Below are positions 1-12,100 of a stretch of 64,000 nucleotides of DNA, piece after piece (positions within the stretch are counted from its first letter, which is position 1; the number at the start of each line of letters is the position of its first letter). The position numbers and the translations under genes are program-made. The DNA is from Perna viridis (Eukaryota): positions 60,677,195-60,741,194 of the forward strand of contig CM074513.1 in NCBI GenBank assembly GCA_037379345.1, given 5' to 3'. The notes beneath the pieces were generated by a model, which was not told where the DNA came from, did not search any database, and saw only the letters and a program-made list of their open reading frames with translations.

Positions 1-1693
1 TTTATTGGTGAATTCTGTATTGATTTTATCATTCATTCTATTGTTGGTTATAACATTGTTACAAACACAGTTAGTGGATGATAATACTTTTTATTCCCCT
101 CTACTCTATAATCTGGTATGAATCTATGGAGTTAGAACCTTGATTCATGTAAAGGTAACATAATTTAGATGGGCTAATTCTTGAATTCTTAGGTTTAATT
201 TGAATTGGGTAACATGCCTCTATGTGTCTTTGTACTAACAAATTACAGCTCTTATATCTATTAGTGGAGAAGACTGCCATTGAATGTTGCTATAATCAAT
301 CAATTAATCAACCCAGTCTTGTAGACCTTGTATATAACTTGTTTATCTCAGTGTTCAGTGAAGCAGTAATAACACAGTATTTTGGCACTGTATTGAAAAA
401 TCTTATCTATCTGTGTCATCCTTTACTCTTCAAAACAAGTTGAAATTCTATCAAAGAAAATTCCAAATCTTTTCAATACTGAAAGTTATCATTTCCCTGT
501 TAAACAAATTCATATGCAAATTCTTTATACTAGAATGAATTCCTTTCATATCTATCCTAAAAATGAATATTCTATGGAGTTAAAGGAAAAATACATCCTT
601 ACAATAATATAACCATTTTACTTTGAATCGTTTAGTATAGAGATGGTTTAGTTGGATAAAATCTAAATATAAACTGAAGAGATAAATTTTCAGATTAGAA
701 TAAACTGGCCTTAAAAGGGGAAATGAATAAGTCTCATTGAGAAATATTCTTAAGAAAATACTGTGTAAGTAGTAATAATACAGTTACCAATTAGTACCAA
801 CTTATACATAGGGGTGAATGATATAAGGAGATTGGAACTTAAATCATTATTGGCTCTATACAAGGTCCAAATAAGCAATATTCTTATGGGCCTGTTTGTA
901 TAATGGTGGAGTGGATGGACTGCACTATAATGGACGAGGAAACGACTAATGTATAATTATGTCAGGGACGTTTAGGAAGGCATTTTAGAATATATCAGTT
1001 TTATGCAACAGATGTTGTGTAAAATATTTACTGTGATGTAATAAGGCACCTTAAATTGTCATCTGAGATGGAATTAACAAATCTATCAATGATTGATCAA
1101 TGTGGTACCAATCAAGTTATTGGGACTTCAATTAATTGACTTGGAATTTATTCTGTCTGCTGCAAGAGAAAAATACAGCTATTGGATGCACATGCACCTT
1201 GAATCAGACTGCTGAGAAATGCATTTAGTACACATAGGGATTTTAATTACATCTTGACAGAGAGGGTTATGTATATCTCTGTGGTATTTTACTGAAAGGA
1301 TTTATTAAAAATACATTTTGTACTTGTGTCAGTTCAATGTATAATTAAACTTCAAAGAGATAATGGATTAGTGAAATAAATTGAAACATATGGTGGGGTA
1401 TCATTTTATGGATGAATCATATTTTGTAGTGAAGGGAGAAGGACAGGTGACATTCTAGTAGTGTTGCAATGATTTTATATCAGACTTTAACAAGGAATGC
1501 TGAGTTGCCATGTATGATTGATTGTTAAAATGGTTCACACCCTGTCCTTTAAGTTCTTTCTGATCAATTTCTTAAAGAAAGAAAGTTGCTTCAAGTGTTC
1601 AAGGTTTATTGCTCTGATTTTTGGCATAATGATATTCAGAGACTGCTAAGAAAGTTGTATGAGGTGTAAAGTTTATAAATACAATCATCTAAA

Positions 1694-2071
1694 ATGAATG
1701 ATCACAAGGATTTACATCAAACACTAGAGAGTTTTTCTGATGATAACGCAGAAGTGAAATCAGGATTAGTGATTCACTTTGAAGATAATGGTAACACAGA
1801 TCAAAACTTGCAGAAATTTGATAATATCTGTCTATTTTATAACAATCAAGGAAAGGGAAATAACTCTATCAATGATAATAGTTACACCAGTAAAGAAGTG
1901 ACAAAATGTTTTGATAATAGTGAAAGTGAATGTGACAGTGAAATGACAGAAAATACTGACGGAACTATAGAGAAGACAGGCAGTCAGTCATCAGAGGACT
2001 GTCAGTCTGTGTGTGATCCTATGGAGGAAAGTACTGATGATCAATCTGTAACCATATCTAATATCTTTGAG
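1694..2071 (+). CDS. DAPK1: Putative alternative first coding exon of DAPK1 (126 aa acidic, Ser/Asp/Glu-rich, likely disordered)
   Basis: AAAATG start with an in-frame TAA at 1676 and no AG between them. Open for 126 codons with strong D/E/S/N bias and ends GAG|GTAAAA in phase 0, matching the phase-0 acceptor at 6022. Confidence 0.6.
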
Positions 2072-2239
2072 GTAAAATTCTGTAGCTTTCAGGTACATGT
2101 ATTTATATATATATATTAATGTATTGAGGTAAGACTTTGTAGAGATACTTGAAAACTGGTTCATTAAGACATAATAAATTGAAATGAAAAACAGAATCAA
2201 ATTTAGTATACTTTGATACAACAGTAAGTTTTGGTAAAA

Positions 2240-3220
2240 TAAATGTCAGAACCAGTTAATAAATGTACATGTCAGAACCAGATAATAAATGTACATGTCA
2301 GAACCAGTTAATAAATGTAACATGTCAGAACCAGTTAAAAAATGTACATGTCAGAACCAGTTAATAAATGTACATGTCAGAACCAGTTAATAAATGTAAC
2401 ATGTCAGAACCAGTTAATAAATCTAACATGTCAGAACCAGTTAATAAATGAACATGTCAGAACCAGTTAATAAATGTAACATGTCAGAACCAGTTAAAAA
2501 ATGTACATGTCAGAACCAGTTAATAAATCTAACATGCCAGAACCAGTTAATAAATCTAACATGTCAGAACCAGTTAAAAAATGTACATGTCAGAACCAGT
2601 TAATAAATGTAACATGTCAGAACCATTTAATAAATGTAACATGTCAGAACCAGTTAATAAATCTAACATGTCAGAACCAGTTAATAAATGTACATGTCAG
2701 AACCAGTTAATAAATGTAACATGTCAGAACCAGTTAATAAATCTAACATGTCAGAACCAGTTAATAAATGAACATGTCAGAACCAGTTAATAAATGTAAC
2801 ATGTCAGAACCAGTTAAAAAATGTACATGTCAGAACCAGTTAATAAATCTAACATGTCAGAACCAGTTAATAAATCTAACATGTCAGAACCAGTTAAAAA
2901 ATGTACATGTCAGAACCAGTTAATAAATGTAACATGTCAGAACCATTTAATAAATGTAACATGTCAGAACCAGTTAATAAATCTAACATGTCAGAACCAG
3001 TTAATAAATCTAACATGTCAGAACCAGTTAAAAAATGTACATGTCAGGACCAGTTAATGAATCTAACATGTCAGAACCAGTTAATAAATCTAACATGTCA
3101 GAACCAGTTAATAAATGTACATGTCAGAACCAGTTAAAAAATGTACATGTCAGAACCAGTTAATAAATCTAACATGTCAGAACCAGTTAATAAATGTACA
3201 TGTCAGAACCAGTTAATAAA
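2240..3220. repeat. Minisatellite, 26/27-bp unit ATGTCAGAACCAGTTAATAAATGT(A)AC
   Basis: About 36 tandem copies. The variant pattern recurs at 320 bp. Confidence 0.97.
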
Positions 3221-3689
3221 AGAATATATGTTTCAGAAGGACTTGTATTAAGTAGGGGTACTTGAAAAATGATAATGAATGTACCAAATACTTGTTGATT
3301 TTGGCTGTGTGTATGTTTAATTCACAGCAATCTGATTTTTGATTAGGTTTTGTTATGTATATGAACAAAATTCTAGATTGTTATTTCTCTAAACATAGAA
3401 ACAAATCCTAATAGTGCTTTGAATATAGAGTTGGTCATTAGTCAATATATTTATAGACAGGCCGAAATAGATCATTTATTTTCTGAGTTTAATAAACAAA
3501 CACCAGACACATATAATTATGGACTATAAAATGTATTGCTAATTTCAATGTTAAACTGATGTTTTAATTACTGATTGAGGTATCTGGTTGAGGCTAGATA
3601 GGAAATGCAGTGTTTACTGTTTTCTGTCAATTAGAAAATTGAAGCAGTAGTTACTTTATTACTCTTTCTTTGTAATTTTCAAAGATCTG

Positions 3690-4105
3690 AAGTGAGAGTT
3701 GAAGGTGAAATGAATGTTACTAACATTTTGAGATCTATAAAGTAGAGTTGAAGGTAAAATGATTGTTACTCAGGTTCAGTAGAAGGTGAAATGAATGTTT
3801 CTCAGTTCCAGAGATCATTGTAGAGTTTGTTTCTCAGGTTCAGAGATATTAGTTGGATTGAAGGTGAAATAATTGTTACTCAGGTTCAGTGATTATAGTA
3901 CAGTTGAAGGTGAAATGATTGTTATCCAGATTCAGAGATTATAGTACAGTTGAAGGTGAAATGATTGTTACCCAGATTCAGAGATTATAGTACAGTTGAA
4001 GGTGAAATGATTGCTACCCAGATTCAGAGATTATAGTACAGTTGAAGGTGAAATGATTATTAATCAGGTTCAGTAGAAGGTGAAATGATTGTTACTCATT
4101 TTCAG
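3690..4105. repeat. Minisatellite, ~46-bp unit (GTTGAAGGTGAAATGATTGTTAC..)
   Basis: Tandem copies, degenerate at the left edge. Confidence 0.9.
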
Positions 4106-5402
4106 ATTTTATGGAACTGGTTTTCTGTTACTGTTGATATTGGGTCCTGATATTGTCTGCTGCACTCTATTGTTCTGGTTGTATATAGATTATTTCAAAG
4201 AAATGTCATGTATTGTACAATCTTAACTTAAGTGTTATCATAAACAAATGTCAAGAATTTGGCCAAAGATCAGGAATTTATGTTAACTGTCAGTTTTACA
4301 ATCAAAATGACCTCTACAGTGATGTTATAATAGAGAGAATTTCAAGCATATGAAGGAAGGGCAGTTATTTTTTTTTTATTTTGCACACAGTATTTCTTGT
4401 TGCAACAAAATTTAGTTGATATTTACACAAAAACAAAGCTCTTAGCGACTGTAGCAATGAAAACAAATAATAAAGTGAGACACCTGAATGTAATCATGTT
4501 GTATTAATGAGTGATGATTATAATGTATTGATACAGTAGTCCTGATTAGATCTGGCAACACTAGAATCTTCAGTTAACATGATGGTAAGTTCTTATTCTT
4601 CTCACAGATAATTTGACCATTGAACTTAACACAGTAATAATTTATTTCATTGAAGATTGGAATGATTACCAGATACTTGAGTTTCTGTATAGCATTTAAT
4701 TCTGGCAAAGTTTTGAAGAACTGTCTAAAGTATGTCCATACTGGACAAATTATTTATATCAGAAAAACTAATTGATATATTCACTTCAGTTCATCTTCAT
4801 TCAGCCTCAGTACTGATTAACATCCCTCTGCTTCCCTGTTTTTTAGTGAGAGAAATGATTTGGTTATTTATAGAAACTTCCACTGCTGTTTTTTTTAATT
4901 TATTTTTGGGTGTTTTTTTCTTTTTTTTTTAATCCTTCATCTGTTGAATTAGTCACAGTTTCATTAAGATCATGCAGTATTATCAGTTAATATCCTCTTG
5001 GCATCTGTTCTAGTGTAATTATGTGGAAATTGTTGTTTGGAATTTTAAAATTTCTGGACTAAATCTAAGATGAACAAAAGTACTCATTGATGTGAAGGGA
5101 AACTTAGACTTAAGGTTTGACACTATATTTAAGCATCATGCTGATTTAGGTTGAACCCCAAATTTTACTGTTAAGAGTCTGACAGTTTCATCTTACAAAA
5201 TACATGATTGCTCATTTTAGACACATCTGTCTTCATCTAGGACTATTAAAAAAACATTTCAGGTAGTTGAGGATAAAATGTCTTAACAACTTTGGCCATG
5301 CTGAACCTATAGATCTTTGGTTGATATAGTTGGACAGATGAATAGTCAAGAGAAGTCTGTTGGATTTTGAAAATGTGATCTGCTATGTATATTCTTTTTG
5401 CA

Positions 5403-5780
5403 AATTACTTCAGTTAGAAATAGGGCGTATTCAGAATTACGTCAGTTAGAAATAGGGAGTATTCAGAATTACTTCAGTTAGAAATAGGGCGTATTCAGAA
5501 TTACATCAGTTAGAAATAAGGTGTGAATACGTCAGTTAGAAATAGGGCGTATTCAGAATTACGTAAGTTAGAAATAGGGCGTATTCAGAATTACATCAGT
5601 TAGAAATAAGGTGTGAATACGTCAGTTAGAAGTAGGGCGTATTCAGAATTATGTCAGTTAGAAATAGGGCGTATTCACAATTATGTCAGTTAGAAATAGG
5701 GCGTATTCACAATTACGTCAGTTAGAAATAGGGCGTATTCAGAATTACATCAGTTAGAAATAGGGTTTTATTCAGAATTA
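5403..5780. repeat. Minisatellite, 32-bp unit CAGTTAGAAATAGGGCGTATTCAGAATTACGT
   Basis: About 12 tandem copies. Confidence 0.95.
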
Positions 5781-6021
5781 AGGGGTGCTTTGTTTATTAG
5801 ATAATTGTTATTTGTTAAGTGTTTATTGTAGAATAGATATCATATAAACCTGTTAGAAAGATTGAGCTGTGCCAGTCAGTAGTTATAAAGTGTACATGTG
5901 ATCAACAGTTTAAAGCAGGGTATCATATATAATGTGTTACTGGGTATTATCTTTTCAGGTAATGACAAGTGTGTGACTTTCTTGGTGGAGGCATTGGAAT
6001 TAATGTACATTATATTTTCAG

Positions 6022-6141
6022 GAAAAGACTGAAAACTTTGTAATGGCTGCATTATTTGGTGCTTCAGAAGAAGGAAACTTACAAGGGATAAAAGATCTGG
6101 TAGAAATGGCTCAGAACATTGACTTATTGTCTACTAATAAG
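6022..6141 (+). CDS. DAPK1: DAPK1 exon: EKTENFVMAALFGASEEGNLQGIKDLVEMAQNIDLLSTNK (pre-ankyrin/first ankyrin-like)
   Basis: ttttcag acceptor and AAG|gtaaac donor, 120 nt. Resembles the vertebrate DAPK1 EEDSFVMKA..NK segment. Confidence 0.9.
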
Positions 6142-9100
6142 GTAAACATGCATTCAATAGCAAAAACACACATAAAGCACCTTTTTACTGGATGTCCATT
6201 ATCTTAAGTTCCAAGATCATTTTCTTTTAGGACAGTAAGTAGAATTTCTCAATAAAACAAAGTCTGTGAGTGAAGATCTCGCCTTCATGTGATATATGTA
6301 CAATTTTTCCCTCATCTGGGAGTGAAAATATTCCCTATATGCATGTGATGTCTACAAATTCTCCAAGTCTTGGAGTGAAAATCTTCCCATCATGCATGTG
6401 ATGTCTAGAAATTCTCAAACAAAGTCTTGGAGTGAAGGTCTTACCATCATGCATATGGTGTCCAGACATTCTTTCTCAAAGTCTTACAGTGAAGATCTCT
6501 CCTTCATGCATGTGATGTCTAGAAATTCTCACTCAAACTAAGTCTGGGAGTGAAGGTCTTCCCATCATGCATGTGATGTCTAGAAATTCTCACTCAAACA
6601 AAATCTCAGAGTGAAGATCTTCCCGTCATGCATATGATGTTCAAAAATTCTCTCTCAAACAGTCTTAGAGTGAAGATCTTCCCTTCATGCATGTGATCTC
6701 CAGAAATTATCTCTCAAAGTCTTAGAGTGAAGATCTTCCCATCATGCATGTGATGTCTAAAAATTCTCACTCAAACAGAGTCTTAGAGTAAAGATCTTCC
6801 CTTCATGCATGTGATGTCCAGATATTCTCACTCAAACAAAGTCTTAGAGTGACGGTCTTCCCATCATGCATGTGATGTCTAGAAATTCTCACTGAAACAA
6901 AATCATAGAGTGAAGATCTTCCCATCATGCATGTGATGTCTAGAAATTCTCACTCAAACAAAACCTGGGAGTGAAGATCTTCCCATCATGCATGTGATGT
7001 CTAGAAATTCTCCCTCTAACAAAGTGTGGTAGTGAAGATCTTCCCATCATGCATGTGATGTCTAGAAATTCTCCCTAAAACAAAGTCTTAAACTGAAGGT
7101 CTTCCCTTCATGCATGTGATGTCTAGAAATTCTCCCTCTAACAAAGTGTGGGAGTGAAGATCTTCCCATCATGCATGTGATGTCTAGAAATTCTCCCTAA
7201 AACAAAGTCTTAGACTGAAGGTCTTCCATTCATGCATGTGATGTCTAGAAATTCTCACTCATACAAAGTCTTAGAGTGAAGATCTCCCTTCTGATATGTC
7301 TATCAATTTATCTAAAACTACAATGAAAAGCATGGCCTCTGATACTCAAGTTTTTCACATAAATCTCCAAAACCGTTAGGTTTAGTCAAATTCTGACTGG
7401 GTAAAAGTGTTAAGTATAATGAATTCTATCAGTGTCAAATTTCTGTGTAAATCTGTTCAGTCATGTTGGAGTTTTGCCCTTTTTCAGTGTTTTTTTTTTC
7501 TCTATTTTAAATTTTTGTTAAAGCTTCTCTGACACTACTGGACCAAACTTGGTTTGAATGTTCCTTAGGATGTTTTGCATAGAATTCATCTGGAGATGTT
7601 TGACTCATCAAAAAAGCATGGCCACTGTTACTTAATATAGAACATAGGAGTCAGACCAAAGTTTTTTGCATACATTTCCAAAACTATTAGGATAAGCCAA
7701 ACTTGACATAGGGTAAAATGTTCAGCATGATGAGATCTCATAATCTTTGCTCAAATGTTTATGTAAATTTGTTATCCATGTTGGATTTATTGCCCTTTTG
7801 TTTGTTATTTTTGATGGTATTACTGAAAAAACTTTTTTCCTCAGAAAATACTGGACAGAATTGAATGAAAATTAATGTAGGAATTTTTATCCTAGAAAAA
7901 AACATGGTCGCTTTTACAATAGTAGCATGTTGCTTATCAAATCTTTAGAACCTGTATTTGTTGTTATTACTTTAAAAAATTGTGTTCTCTGAAACTGTTT
8001 AACAGATTCTTACCAAAAATTGTATATATGTTCCAGAGGGTATTGTGCACAAAACTTATGTGGGCATTAAACATGGCTGTGGTTACTAAGTATAGACTAT
8101 ATGGATCAAACAGTGTTTGTGTAATATTATGCTGTTGTCTTCGTTGTCTATAAACACCTAGTGGTTTTGCAATAACTTGAATATAAGTTGTCTGATCTTT
8201 ATCAATGATCAGAATCAATGTTTCAAACAACAAAAGGAAAGTTGGCATTGATTAAGAGGTTTATGGTCTCAACAGTTTTGGGGCCACACTAGGTTTGATC
8301 TGTCAGATGGAACATTTCAGAAAATAAACTTTTAGTGTTCAGTCAGCCAATGAGGTTTGAGGATTCAGGCTCCTGGGGCCTCTAGTTGAGTGGATGTTGT
8401 TGAAACTTTTTATAAAGGTTGGTAATCGTTTAATGAGTTGTACTTTTAACCAGAAATTCTTGGTAGATGATGCTTCCAAGAAAGGAAGTTCTAAATTAGA
8501 AAGGCTTCTCATGTACGGAGTCATTCTAAATGTTTAATGGATTTTATTGAAACTTTATATGAAAGTTCTTAATTATGTGGTGGTATGCAGAATGAGAGAA
8601 AATTATTGTTGTATTATTTCAAGGAAAGAATTTTCCATATTTTAGTCCAATAAGATGTAATACACTAACAGTACATATTATTGTTCTTTTTTCAGCATGG
8701 TGAAACAGCCCTGCATATGGCAGCCAGTGGTGGTCATACAGAAATTATAAAGTACCTCCAATCAAAAGGGGCAGATGTTGGTGTTAGAGATAAGGTAGTT
8801 TTTTTTTTAAACTTCTGTTTTATTTTAGTGGTACTGTTAAGTACCTTCAATCCAAAAATAGTACGTTGATATTATGTTTCATTTTAGAGAGGACCAAAGA
8901 ATACAGCACTATTTGATATAAAAAATAAAAACAAACAAATATGAAGGCTGTGACTATTTGGTTACAATCATCCAAAATACAAATTTACACAGTAAGCTGG
9001 TTATGTGACAGTAGAGATTGATTCTTATGGTCTCCTTTGCAGAATGGAGACAGTTGTATATACTGGGCAGCAAGACAAGGTCATATGGAGGTTGTAAGTT

Positions 9101-12100
9101 ACCTTAGAGAAGAAAATGTTTCCCTGGACACTCAGAATAGGGTAACTACCTTTACTGACCATTAATGATAACTAAAATAAAGTGACACCACATAATCATC
9201 ACATTCTAGTAACTGGTGTGTCGCCACTATATATAGATGAGGATTTAAATAGTGGGAGTGTATGAGGCTGCACAGAGCAGTTTCACTTGTTTGAGCTAAA
9301 TTTGCATACAAAGTTATTGTCAAATCAATGTCAATAAAAATTAAAAGAAAAGTAATGTTTTAAGCCAAAAAAGTTTTTAAAAAGTTTTTTATATTAGAAG
9401 CAAGTGACATCTTGCCAACATCAAAGCAGTGTAACATTTTGATTCACTCAGTGATCATATATCACTTGTAAATACAGGCAGTGCATTTTGGCTGCTCAAG
9501 TAGAACAGTTACAGTGCAAAAATTATAGAAACTGAATGCAAATTAGTCACAAAGGACTGTTGGTCAAAAAGTCCTCTAGTTTCCAAATTAGGTGTTTTTA
9601 ATCATATTTCGCATTATTTTGAAAGTTACTGTATGGAAAATGCTTAATATGCGTATGTGCAACTACTTATTTTTGCCAAAAAAATACTGATCATGGTATA
9701 AGTGAAAATAAATACACCAGGAAAATAAGTATAATTATGAATATCATTGGCCCTCTTGTTTTTGGATGTTCCTTTGGCCATATCGTTTTTCTAGATATAA
9801 GCTCTCCATTTAAAATATTGAAGGATTTTATTCCGTAGTCTCTGAACCCTTAGGAAATGACAAAATGTTTTGATACACCAAAATACCTGTTGAGGCTGGC
9901 ATTCCATTAAATTTACCATAAAACATATACCTTATTTAGTAAATTTTTGCTATGCACTCAAGTTTTAGGACACACTTCACTCTGAGTATTTATATTGCTA
10001 CTGGTTCTGAGTATTAAATAGCACGAGGGTCTGTCTATTATTGCTTGTTCATTTGACTCAGGTCAAAGTTCATTAGCAACATTGGGTCGTATGACTTTAA
10101 GTTAATGTTGATATTTCATTTTTTGGCTTGAAATCTTTTTCACAAAATTGATGTACTTATGAAAATTATTATAAAAAAACTAGTTACAGAAGATGTAGAA
10201 AGAAAACCAAGAAACATTATTTTTTTTATACTGTTTTATTAGTCTGGTGAATCAGCTTTACATGTAGCTGCTAGGTATGGACATGCAGCTATAACAACCT
10301 ACCTGGTCACAGAAGGTGCTAATCTCAATTTACAGGACACAGTAAGTATTCTGTCTGATTATGGTAGGATTTTTACATAGGTTTTTATAAATTCAAAGTT
10401 TTCATTCTATCAGTTTACTGAATCATACCTTTATTTTGTGTGTGCTAGTAGCTAGTTATTCTGCTTTTTTTTGAGAATTTCTGTGAAATTTTGAAAGACA
10501 ATTGTTCTTAGAAAATTCTACATTCTATTGACTTTAAAGTAACTTTTTGTAAGAAAAAACTGTTATCTTACTCATTTGTTACAGCTAGGAGATACAGCTT
10601 TACACAGTGCCGCGTGGCATGGCTTTAATCAAATTGTAGCATCTTTATCTTCTGGTGGAGCAAACCTTGACATTCAGAACAAGGTATTAAAACTTCTCAT
10701 GTAGTCTGTATTTGTTATGTTAGGTAACTAAAAATATTTTATAAAAATTCTGTTGGTATAAGGGGATTTTTTTTTTTATGTTCATGTAATTTACTCAAAT
10801 CACTAATTTTAACAAATCTTTTGACAAAAATGAATTTTCATCCTAAGTTGCATATGCATTCAAGCCATTTGTATAATTTGAACAACTTGAGTTAAGAGTA
10901 AAGCTGTTTGTCTTTAATTCTACACTTTGGACTGATAGGATTTGTTTTGCATGATAGGGCAAGATTAGTCAGTCCATGAGTATATTTAGTACTTAAACTA
11001 AGGTGAGCCTGCCAAGAAATAATTTCTTAAGAAATCCATTGTTCATACAACATTTCCTTGCGTATGTTTTGGAAAAGAATGATATTCTGTTTTAGGATGG
11101 TGAAACTGCACTTCATTGTGCTGCAGCTAGAGGGTTTCTGGATAGTGTGAAGACCTTGTTGGATTGTGGATCTCCAATCAATCAAGTAGATAAGGTAAAT
11201 AGATTTATGTTAGGTTGTATGATGGGGTTTGATGTGTGAGTAGATTGGATAGGGGTGGATAGAGGGACTTGTCAGATGGGCATTTGATAGTGTAAAGAAA
11301 AATGTTGGATTGTGGGTCTCCATTGAATGAAGTAAGTAAAAAATGTTATCGGTAGAAGTGTCTTAAGGGGTTCTTATATAATGTATTGTGGTATTCATTT
11401 AACAAAGTCAATAAAAGGAAGGGAATTGAGAATATTCAATTTAATTGTGAGTCTACATACATACATGAAACAACAAAAAAGCACTAAATAACATGATTTT
11501 ACAACCAATTCATGGATAAAATGGTAGTCTTCTGCTTTACTTCAAACATGTGTTTTAACAAAAGAATATCCCAAGACAAAATTAATGAAAACAAAACAAA
11601 ACAAAACAAAAAAGAACAAAGAAAGATATATATAAGAACTATTTTGTATTTTTTTACAGAGAGGCTGCACAGCTCTTCACTTGGCCTGTAGTAGAAGACA
11701 TAGTAATATAGCTATGTTACTGTTACATGCAGGATGTCTAATGGATACACAAGACAAGGTCTACCATATTGTTGTCAGCCAGCATTATGTCAAATGAACA
11801 CTGTAGAAGTAGATTTAGAGGATTTCAACCAGACCTGTTCCATATTTGATTATCTACAATCCTTTCCAATTAAATGATCAAAGGGTTGATGGTCAAAGTT
11901 ACAGAAACTAATTATAATTTCCAAACACTTTTAAGACAATGTTATGTAAAGGTTGTGATCAGATTTGTGCTTTAGCGTGGGGGCACAGAAACAGCGATGC
12001 TTAATCTGACTTCATTGGTCAAATTTTTCTCCATTAATATGTGTAGATAGGGTTAGTCATTAGTATGATAATGAAGTAATATACATTTTTGTGATATTAA

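Noticed and set aside
2501-3137. Repetitive ORFs (MSEPVNK.., TCQNQLIN..) and similar ORFs at 35098-35910, 40984-41279, 53992-54669 and 58669-59723
   Set aside because: These are translations of minisatellites. The frames shift with unit-length variants, and no splice context links them to either gene.
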